A DNA stretch of 64,000 bases from an uncultured Chloroflexia bacterium (GTDB lineage Bacteria; Chloroflexota; Limnocylindria; Limnocylindrales; CSP1-4), in contig CAWEYL010000006.1 in NCBI GenBank assembly GCA_963813335.1, forward strand, positions 64,001 to 128,000, written 5' to 3'. A program made the position numbers and the translations under genes. This document shows, piece by piece, positions 56,329 to 64,000 of this stretch; position 1 is the first letter of the stretch, and each line of letters begins with the position of its first letter. The notes beneath the pieces were generated by a model. It did no database searches. It saw nothing but the letters and a program-made list of their open reading frames with translations, and was not told the origin of the DNA.

Positions 56329-59300
56329 CTACCCGCTCCCTTGGAGCGTGAAGGCGTAGGCGCCAGTCGCCGTCTGGTTCCCGTGGACGTGGATGGTGTA
56401 CGTGCCGCCCTGGCTCGCGACGCCGCTGAGATCGTGGCAGGTGCCCGTCCCGGCGACGGGCTGGCCGTCCGGGCGCAGCAGCTCCCAGAGCAGCCCGTCG
56501 ACGCAGGCGCCCGTGGCGTGGACCGTGATCGTCGACCCAGCCGCCGCATCGAACGTGTAGAGCGCCTCCTGCCCGATCTGGCCCACCGACCCGGCAACCG
56601 GGTGACCGACCGAGATCGACGTCGTGGTCGTTGCGGGCACAGGGAGGATCTGGAACGCATAGGCGCCGGTGGTCGCGCGGTCGCCGTGGATCCGAACCGT
56701 GTAGGTTCCCGCGGCCGGAAGCTCCACCCGCCCGAGGTCATTGCAGGTCTGCGTGTCACCGATGCGTGTTCCGGTGGGGCTGAGCAGCGTCCACAACAGG
56801 TCGCTCGTGCAATCGCCGACGCGTTGCGCATAGACCACCTGGTGGGCGGACCCATCGAAGGTGTAGTCCGCCCATTGGCCGGCGGCGGAGAGCGACCCGT
56901 TCACGCCCTGCTCGAGCGAGATCGGCGTCACGACGGTGGCCGGCACCGCTAGCAGGGAGAACCCATACGCGCCCATCGCGTTCCGATCGGCGTTGACCCG
57001 GACCGTGTACGTCCCCTCCGACGGCAGCACCTGGCGCAGGAGGTCGTTGCACACGACACTGCCGTCGAGCGGGCCGCCATCCGGACCGAGCAGCTCCCAT
57101 CGAAGCGACCCCGAGCAGGTCGCCTTCGACTGGAGGTACACGGTTTCATCCTTGACGCCCGTGAAGGTGTAGTCGTCCGTCTGGTTGGAGCTGGCGATCG
57201 ACCCGGTGACGGTCTGCCCGATCGAGATGGGAGTGACGTCCGCCGGCGTCGACGTCGTCGGCGCGACGACCGCACCCGAGGCCGCGACGGCGGCCGTGTC
57301 GGCCGCGTACGAGGCATCGCCGGTCATCCCGACGTCAAGCGTGCAGTCATCGAGCAGCGGCTCGTTTCTGACGCCGACGGCTCGGCAGGTTGCCTCCGCC
57401 GTCGCGCGGACATCGGGGCTCAGCCCCGCGATCGTCGCCTCCGCGGAGGGGATGTCGGGCTTCTGGAATGTCGCGGTACTCTCGCCGGGCTGGTAATCGA
57501 ACAACGACTCGCGCTGGCCGACCCGCCAGCTGTCGCCGAACTGCTGGTAGAGCTTTGTCGCGAACATCGGGTCCGATCGATCGAGCACCGTGCCGTCGCG
57601 GCCCATCAGGTCGTTCGCGGCGTTGCCGTCGTCGCTGCCGCCGAGACCGCGCAACGAACCGCGCTCCGCGGCACTCGGGGCGTATGCATAGCTGAGCGTC
57701 CGGCCGTCGCGGAACAGCCAAAGCCTGCTCCCGTCGGGCCAAGTCACCGTCACGCTGGCCCCGTGCCGTTCGAGCGAGCCGCCGTGCGGGAGGCGTTCCG
57801 CGATGTCGGCGGCCTCGACCGCCTTCCCATCGACGATCAGGAAGTCCGGCTCGGCCGCATAGATCCCGACTCGATCACCGACGACGTTCATGGCGACCGC
57901 CGTGGTGAAGGTGATCAAGGTCCCGCCGAACGTCGGCTCCTGCCGGGCCTGGATCTCCAGGCTGTCGTCGCCCGATCTCGCCATGACGAACTCACCTCCG
58001 GCCTGGAGGTCGTAGTGGGTCCCGTCCGCGGTCAAGACGTGGACGTCGCCCCACACGATGTTGCAGGGATGCGCGACGGTTCCGACGCACGACTGGCCGT
58101 TCGGTCCGACGCAGGTGAGTCCCTTGCAGCCGGTGGGCCCAAGGTTGCATGGCACGTCGGCCGTGCCCGTACAGGCCGTCCCGTTCGGCCCGGTGCAATC
58201 GACGCCGGTGCACCCGGTTCCACCGCCACCGTCGCCGGGCGGAGGCTCCGGCGGGTCCGGCGGGCAGATGTTGATCTTGTGCGTGTACGTCAGGCCGATC
58301 GCGAAGGCGGGGGCGCCCAGGAGCGCCGTGCCGCCCTCGATGAGGAGGTCGCCGGCCCCGCAGGTACCGATGAGGCCAGTCGGGTCCGTGCGGTTCACCG
58401 GGTCGCCGCTGACGAAGCGATAGAGGTTCGCGTCTCCGCCCGCGAACCGGATCGGGTCCGGGCTCGTCCAACGGCCCGTCGTCGGGTCGTAGTCGCGGGC
58501 GCCCAGGTGGACGAGCCCCGTGTCCGCGTCGAGGAGGCCGCCGCCGAACCCGAACGGGATGAACCCCGGATGGGTCTCGTGCGTGACTCGACCCCAGGCG
58601 TCGTACTGGATCGCGTCCGCGACGGCTCCCGATCCCGAGGAGATCACGAGCCGAGGGCTCCCGAGTGAGTCGGTCACCACCCGATAGGTCGTATCGCCGC
58701 GTTCGAGGAGCGCCAGATGCCCGAGGTGGTCATAGGCGAATTTGGAGCTGACCGCGCCGGCTCCGTCGGTCTCGGCCACGATCTGTCCGGCGGGGTCGTA
58801 GAGGTAGCCGACGACCCTTGATCCGGCGACCTGCCGCCCGACACGCCGGCCGTCGGCGTCCACGAGGTAGGTGATCGTCCTGCCGTCGGCGGGGGTCGCG
58901 GTTCGGAGACGCCCGAGCTCATCGAACGTGAACCGCGTCGTCCCGTCGGGCGCGTCGATCGTGGCGAGGCTGCCGCCGGCCGCCCACGTCTCCGTCGCGG
59001 ATCCCCAGCGGGTCTGGCGGTTGCGCGCGTCGTACGCGCCCCGGATCGTGTCGCTCGGTCCCGCCATTCGGATCCGGTTGCCGGCCGCGTCGTAGGTATC
59101 CGTCTCGATGGTCCGGCCGTCGACGGTGACCCTCGCCAGGCGGTCGGCCGCGTCGTATGCATACGTGGTCTTCGTCGTCCGGCTGCCGGTCGTTTCGGCG
59201 ATCCCGACGATGCGACCGAGCGCATCGACCGAGTAGCGGTCGTCGAGGATCGTCGTCCGTCCATTCGGGCCGGGCGTCGGACCTACGCTCGTCGTCGACC

Positions 59301-61479
59301 GGATCAGCGCGCCGTTCGCGTCGTACTGCTGATCGGTCGTCACCGGGCCGACCGAGCTCGACGTGACCTGACCACTCACGGGATCCCGGGTCAGCGACAG
59401 CTCCGAGATCCCGATCAGGGCGCCCCCGTCGTCGTAGCGGAAAGCGTAGCCCGGCTGCTCGTCGACGGTCACGTCCGTCGCACGGCCGTTGGCGTCGATC
59501 GTGAGGGCCATGGAGCCCGTGACCGAGCCGGACCAGGCGAGACGCTGCGCCTGGCTGCCGGCGTATCCATAACTGATCGTCACGCCGTCCGGATCCGCCG
59601 CGGAGGCCCTCAGACCGGTCTTCGGGTCCCACGCTACGCTCGACGCCCCGGCCGCGGTGGTCCACCCGGAGAGGCGGCCCGACGCGTCGTACGTCAGCTT
59701 GATCTCGTCCGTTCCCGCGCCGGTGACCGAGCTCGGGCGGCCGTCGGCGTCGTAGGTGGTGGTCGCCGCTGAGGCATCTCCCGCCACCGATGGCGGGAGA
59801 TACGCCGTGGGCCGGCCCGCGGCGCTGTAGCCGAGGGTGAACCCGAGCCCGCCCGCGGGCTGGATGAGCGTCGGGCGACCGAGGGCGTCGAACGTCGTGA
59901 TCGTCGTCGAGCCGTCCGCCGCCGCGGTCGTGGCGGCCTTGCCGCGGGCATCGACGCCGAGATTCTTGGTGCTGCCATCCGGACGGGTCACGGACTCGAT
60001 CCCCGTCGCCGGGTCGTAGGCGAATCGCGTCGTCTGCGCGGTCGCACCAGTGCCGACGGTCATCGTTGCCTGCCGGCCGAGCGGGTCATAGGTCGCCGCG
60101 ATCGGCGGCTGCCCCGGAAGCTGTTCGAACACGAGCCGGCCTGACTCGTCGAAGGTGTCCGTTGTCCGTCGCCCGGCGGGATCCACGATGATCGCGGTGC
60201 GAGACGATGGGTCGAACGTGCGGACGGTCGCGGCGTCGTTCGTCGTGATGGTCACGGAACCAGCCAGCGCGTCGGGCACCCCTCCGACCGGTTCGAGCGC
60301 CTGGACGACGGTCGTCGTCGACGTCACGCCGTCTGGCCGTTTGGTCTCGTCCGGCGTGAGCACCGGCGCGGCCATCCCCCAGCCCGTGCTCGCCACGGCG
60401 CCGATCGTGCGCATGACCCCGTCGGGTGTCGCGAGGGTCCGCGACCCGTCCGCCTCGGTGGTCTCGACGTTGGCCGTGCCGTCCGGCGCCGTGAGGGTCC
60501 GACGAATCCCGCCGGCAACGCCTTCGACCTGATAGGTCGTCGTCCGTCCCAGCGCGGTCGTGGCCCGGATCTCGACCCCATCGGCCGTCTCGCTTCGGGC
60601 CTGTTGCACGGTCACGCCGTCGGCGTCGCTGGAGGCCTCGAGGCGGCCATCCTGGTCGTACGTGAACCGCGTCACGCCGCCGAGCGCATCGGTCTCGCTG
60701 GTGACGAGGCCGCCCGGCGCCCAATGGAGGCTCATCGTCGAACCGCCCGGATCCGTGACTGCCGCGAGGTGGCCATCGCCGTCGAGAGCGAGCGTCGTGA
60801 GCGCGCCGTCGATTCCCGCAAGGGATTGCGGCGTGCCGTCGCTCGCGCGCCGCACCTCGACATGGACCGGTAGCCCGCGAACGGTGCCGCTGACGCTCGA
60901 GAGCCGACCGGCAGCGTCGTAGGCGATCGTAAGGAGCGGGAGGCCCAGGAACCCGTCGACGGTCCGGACGTGGCGGCCGGCCGCGTCGAGGACGTCTGCG
61001 AACGACCCGTCGAAGGACGGGACCGCGCTCTCGCCCGACGCGGCCTGAACCGGATCGACGAACCGCCAGGTGCCGTCCCCCGCGATCAGGGCCCGATCCG
61101 CCGCCCGGTAGCGGTCCACCACGTTGAGCGACCACCCACCGAGACCGAGCCCGCTCGCATCCCAGCCGGCTCGATCGGTTCGACCCGGGGCCCATTGACT
61201 CGACCAGGTGAGAGCCAGACCGGAGTCGACGATCGGGATCGAGAGGAACGCAGCCTGCTGGTCACAACCGATGAGGCCGGCCGGATCGCATTCGTCGATC
61301 GCCGTGGGTCCGTGACCGGCGGCTTCGCTCGGGCTGGCCGTTGGCGCGAGATCCGAGGTCGTGGTCGGCGACGGTGACGGCGGCGGCGTGGGCGCGCAGG
61401 CCGCCGTGACGAGCTCGACGATGAGCACGACCATCGCGAGGCGATGGCGCCTGGTTCGGCTCGGCGTACAGTCGGACAA
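56329..61479 (-). CDS. Lipoprotein RHS/YD-repeat protein (teneurin-like) with C-terminal VWD and three PPC-like domains
   Basis: Lipobox TAAC; GLGGWSL..GDG; many YD repeats; PFGFGGG..D.DTGLVHLGARDYDP..GRW..DP..NLY..DPVN..DPTGL; GDVH; three Ig/PPC repeats. Confidence 0.88.
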   Translation of the reverse strand: MSDCTPSRTRRHRLAMVVLIVELVTAACAPTPPPSPSPTTTSDLAPTASPSEAAGHGPTAIDECDPAGLIGCDQQAAFLSIPIVDSGLALTWSSQWAPGRTDRAGWDASGLGLGGWSLNVVDRYRAADRALIAGDGTWRFVDPVQAASGESAVPSFDGSFADVLDAAGRHVRTVDGFLGLPLLTIAYDAAGRLSSVSGTVRGLPVHVEVRRASDGTPQSLAGIDGALTTLALDGDGHLAAVTDPGGSTMSLHWAPGGLVTSETDALGGVTRFTYDQDGRLEASSDADGVTVQQARSETADGVEIRATTALGRTTTYQVEGVAGGIRRTLTAPDGTANVETTEADGSRTLATPDGVMRTIGAVASTGWGMAAPVLTPDETKRPDGVTSTTTVVQALEPVGGVPDALAGSVTITTNDAATVRTFDPSSRTAIIVDPAGRRTTDTFDESGRLVFEQLPGQPPIAATYDPLGRQATMTVGTGATAQTTRFAYDPATGIESVTRPDGSTKNLGVDARGKAATTAAADGSTTITTFDALGRPTLIQPAGGLGFTLGYSAAGRPTAYLPPSVAGDASAATTTYDADGRPSSVTGAGTDEIKLTYDASGRLSGWTTAAGASSVAWDPKTGLRASAADPDGVTISYGYAGSQAQRLAWSGSVTGSMALTIDANGRATDVTVDEQPGYAFRYDDGGALIGISELSLTRDPVSGQVTSSSVGPVTTDQQYDANGALIRSTTSVGPTPGPNGRTTILDDRYSVDALGRIVGIAETTGSRTTKTTYAYDAADRLARVTVDGRTIETDTYDAAGNRIRMAGPSDTIRGAYDARNRQTRWGSATETWAAGGSLATIDAPDGTTRFTFDELGRLRTATPADGRTITYLVDADGRRVGRQVAGSRVVGYLYDPAGQIVAETDGAGAVSSKFAYDHLGHLALLERGDTTYRVVTDSLGSPRLVISSGSGAVADAIQYDAWGRVTHETHPGFIPFGFGGGLLDADTGLVHLGARDYDPTTGRWTSPDPIRFAGGDANLYRFVSGDPVNRTDPTGLIGTCGAGDLLIEGGTALLGAPAFAIGLTYTHKINICPPDPPEPPPGDGGGGTGCTGVDCTGPNGTACTGTADVPCNLGPTGCKGLTCVGPNGQSCVGTVAHPCNIVWGDVHVLTADGTHYDLQAGGEFVMARSGDDSLEIQARQEPTFGGTLITFTTAVAMNVVGDRVGIYAAEPDFLIVDGKAVEAADIAERLPHGGSLERHGASVTVTWPDGSRLWLFRDGRTLSYAYAPSAAERGSLRGLGGSDDGNAANDLMGRDGTVLDRSDPMFATKLYQQFGDSWRVGQRESLFDYQPGESTATFQKPDIPSAEATIAGLSPDVRATAEATCRAVGVRNEPLLDDCTLDVGMTGDASYAADTAAVAASGAVVAPTTSTPADVTPISIGQTVTGSIASSNQTDDYTFTGVKDETVYLQSKATCSGSLRWELLGPDGGPLDGSVVCNDLLRQVLPSEGTYTVRVNADRNAMGAYGFSLLAVPATVVTPISLEQGVNGSLSAAGQWADYTFDGSAHQVVYAQRVGDCTSDLLWTLLSPTGTRIGDTQTCNDLGRVELPAAGTYTVRIHGDRATTGAYAFQILPVPATTTTSISVGHPVAGSVGQIGQEALYTFDAAAGSTITVHATGACVDGLLWELLRPDGQPVAGTGTCHDLSGVASQGGTYTIHVHGNQTATGAYAFTLQGSG

Positions 61480-61510
61480 CTGGTCGTACCCCGCTCAGCG
61501 TGTGGGCGCG

Positions 61511-61557
61511 AGCCTAGGTTCGATCCCTCCCGCACATAAGAGGTGTTTGCCCCGATC
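61511..61557 (-). promoter_or_regulatory. Shared promoter motif, copy 3 (upstream of the RHS gene)
   Basis: Minus strand GATCGGGGCAAACACCTCTTATGTG + 16 nt + TAGGCT. Confidence 0.5.
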
Positions 61558-61684
61558 TGTGGCGAAGGGACCCATCGCACCGCGGTCGCGATGACATCCG
61601 GCAACTGCGGTGTGCCCGGGGATTCGCGGCGATGACGACGGTATGTTGCCGTCAGGATTCGAACGCATCAGGAAGCAGATCGCC

Positions 61685-62479
61685 ATGCGTCATCTCGAGT
61701 CACGCTGGCTGTTCGCGGCGCTCATCGCGTTGCTGACCGCGGCCTGTTCCGGTCCCGCCGCCAGCGTCCCGGCGCCCTCGTCATCTGCTGCGGCCAGCGC
61801 AGCGCCGACCCAGGCCGCGCGACCGTCAGCCTCCACCTCGGCGCCCTCGTGCGATCCCGCCTGCCTCCTCATGCAGATGCAACCGCCGGCGTTGACCCAG
61901 CCGGGGACGCTGCCGGCGGGGAAGTACACCACGGTGGACTTCTACCCAGGCGGATTGACGGTCACCCTCAACGACAGATGGTCCAGCCACGAGGACAGCA
62001 CGGGAGAGTTCGCCTTGGACGTCGCCGGCACCAGTGGGGAAGGCGACACGATCGTGTTCTGGCTCGACATGAGCCCGGTCACCTGGGACGGCAAACTGGT
62101 CGAGGGTGTGGCCAACACTCCAGGCGCCGTCAGCGATTGGCTGCATGGTGTCCGCGAGCTGACGGTCTCGCCCGCCATGCAGACGACCATCGGTCAGGAC
62201 AAGCTCCCGGCCCTCGTGATGGATATCGCCGTCGCAGAAGACGCGCCGAACGGTGACCCAGGCTGCCCCACTCGCGCCTGCGCCGCGATCTTCACGTTCC
62301 CGGAGTTCTCCGAGCCGTGGGCCATCTCGGGTGACATGAAGACGCGTCTGTACCTCGCGCAGATCGGCAACGGACCGCACATGCTCTACGTCGTCTACAA
62401 CGTCGTCGACGCGACGACGTTCGCCCCGATCGCGCAGCCGGTCGTCGACAGCATCAAGTTGTCGACCACGCTCGACTGA
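61685..62479 (+). CDS. Hypothetical lipoprotein
   Basis: Lipobox TAAC, SA linker; resembles the C-terminal domain of the 48166-49519 product. Confidence 0.7.
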   Translation: MRHLESRWLFAALIALLTAACSGPAASVPAPSSSAAASAAPTQAARPSASTSAPSCDPACLLMQMQPPALTQPGTLPAGKYTTVDFYPGGLTVTLNDRWSSHEDSTGEFALDVAGTSGEGDTIVFWLDMSPVTWDGKLVEGVANTPGAVSDWLHGVRELTVSPAMQTTIGQDKLPALVMDIAVAEDAPNGDPGCPTRACAAIFTFPEFSEPWAISGDMKTRLYLAQIGNGPHMLYVVYNVVDATTFAPIAQPVVDSIKLSTTLD

Positions 62480-62568
62480 GAAGCGCCACGGTCAGCCGAT
62501 CGCGCGCGGGCAGGTCGTGGTCGTTGTCCGCGAGTCCTGCTGAGCGGCCAGCGCTCAGCCTTTCACGC

Positions 62569-63975
62569 TCATGCACCCCGCGGTCCTGCACGCGCTTGGC
62601 GGCGCCCGATGATCGCGAAGGTCTCCATCGGCCCGTGTCCGCGAAGGTCGATCGGACCGCGGGGCTCCGCATCGAACCGGTCCTGCACCATCTGCCAGGT
62701 GTCGACGCTGACCTGGACACGACCGGGGATGCCCTGCGACTCAAGCCTGCTGGCGATGTTCACGGTCTCGCCCCAGATGTCGAACGCGAACTTGCGGTGG
62801 CCGATCACGCCGCCGATGACCGGCCCTGAATGTACGCCGACTCGGAGCCGAAGCTCAGCAGCGTCGTCGCTCTGTCGCGAGGCGGCGTCGATCATCGCGA
62901 GACCGAGATCGACGACGAGAGCTGCGTGGTCATCGAGTGGCTCGGGCAGTCCGCCCGCGGCCATGTATGCATCGCCGATGGTCTTGATCTTCTCGAGGCC
63001 GCGCTCGGCCACGAGCTCGTCGAAGCGCGCGAAGAGACGGCCGAGCATCTCCACCACGGCGTCGGCCGGCAGGCGCGCGGTCAACGGCGTGAACCCGACG
63101 ATGTCAGCGAAGAGCACCGTGACGGCCGGATACTCGTCGGCTATCGTCCGCTCGCCGGCGAGGAGGCGCGATGAGATCGATCCAGGAAGGACGTTGAGCA
63201 ACAGCGCATCGGCCCTGTCCTTCTCGGTCCTCAACGCGTCTGCCTGTCGGGTGATGACGCTGTCCTGATAGAAGACCCGGCGGCGTGACTGCTCGAGGAG
63301 TCGCAGCGCCAGCAGACTGCCGACCACGGCGGCTCCGAAGATGAATGCGTCGACGAGGAGGCTGCTCCGGCCGGTATAGAGGACGGCCGCGACGACGAAG
63401 CCGACCACGATGACGGCCGTGCGGAACGAGGCGAAGATGAAGGCGGTGCGTGCGACGAAACCGAAGGCGAAGAGCAGCATGATCGCGCTGATCCCGTAGC
63501 CCGGCAGGACGCCACCCACGGACGCAAGCCAGAGGATGACCAGCCCGTTCACAGCCGTCAGGACCGAGATGATCGAGTGCTGTCGATCGAGCGTGTCCGC
63601 GTAGGCCGAGAGCAGGAAGCCTGCCGAGTTGATCGCCGCCATCGCGAAGCACACGGGGATCGCGAGGCCCGAAGGGACCGGCGTGCTGGCCGGGACGACG
63701 ACGACCGCCAGGAGCCACAGGAGCGCGGCCGCGCCGGTCGCGATGCGGAATCCGACCCGGCTCTCGGCGCCACCCTGGAGCTGGTAGCGCTGTTCCAGGC
63801 TAGGGTCGATGAACCGCAGCGAGCCTGGCCGGAGCGCCCCTTGGTCGGCATCGAACTCGGCCGCCGGTCCCGAAAGGTCGTGGTCACCCAAGGCCTTCTC
63901 CACGCTGGAAGACGCTTCCCCGCGCGTGCCTGACCCCCCGGGGACGGTGGACGCGAACGGGATCCCCCCTTCCAT
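62569..63975 (-). CDS. Membrane-bound class III adenylate cyclase
   Basis: Multiple TM helices; VLFADIVGFT, KIKTIGDAYM, FDIWGETVNIASRLES (Lys/Asp ATP-specifying residues). Confidence 0.92.
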   Translation of the reverse strand: MEGGIPFASTVPGGSGTRGEASSSVEKALGDHDLSGPAAEFDADQGALRPGSLRFIDPSLEQRYQLQGGAESRVGFRIATGAAALLWLLAVVVVPASTPVPSGLAIPVCFAMAAINSAGFLLSAYADTLDRQHSIISVLTAVNGLVILWLASVGGVLPGYGISAIMLLFAFGFVARTAFIFASFRTAVIVVGFVVAAVLYTGRSSLLVDAFIFGAAVVGSLLALRLLEQSRRRVFYQDSVITRQADALRTEKDRADALLLNVLPGSISSRLLAGERTIADEYPAVTVLFADIVGFTPLTARLPADAVVEMLGRLFARFDELVAERGLEKIKTIGDAYMAAGGLPEPLDDHAALVVDLGLAMIDAASRQSDDAAELRLRVGVHSGPVIGGVIGHRKFAFDIWGETVNIASRLESQGIPGRVQVSVDTWQMVQDRFDAEPRGPIDLRGHGPMETFAIIGRRQARAGPRGA

Positions 63976-64000
63976 CTAGGGTACCGCGCAGGTGGGGGCT

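Noticed and set aside
56329-58371. RHS C-terminal toxin with immunity gene
   Set aside because: No nuclease or deaminase motifs seen, and the gene ends at the att-like repeat with no downstream small ORF on the same strand.

Overview
Very GC-rich bacterial chromosomal window. Gene content and many Ser/Ala/Pro-linker lipoproteins suggest a soil Chloroflexota/Actinomycetota-like organism (inference). Left to right: a phenylacetate catabolism operon (paaFG, TetR, paaABCD, paaH, with EthD, alpha/beta-hydrolase and DUF1444-like genes); an ECF sigma/anti-sigma pair; fumC; a DNA-ligase-like protein lacking its catalytic Lys; a glucosylglycerate cluster (Ggs-like GT2, USP-USP-GpgS fusion, glycerate kinase); nth; three Tad pseudopilin genes; a two-component system; MoxR/DUF58/VWA; DoxX plus a two-domain multicopper oxidase; a CYTH / P-type ATPase / CYTH-Ppx locus; and an EXLDI-ABC exporter. 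From ~46 kb an accessory region around tRNA-Thr(CGT) holds a second ECF pair, an AAA-LuxR regulator, an integrase-less 1.9-kb islet and a 1716-aa lipoprotein RHS/YD protein. That protein looks like a stripped-down bacterial teneurin carrying VWD and PPC domains instead of a toxin. A shared ~25-bp promoter motif links it to two genes flanking the LuxR regulator, and this module is the best candidate for an undescribed system. Five +1 frameshifts in short C runs look like sequencing errors. All family assignments come from motif recognition by eye; no searches were run.
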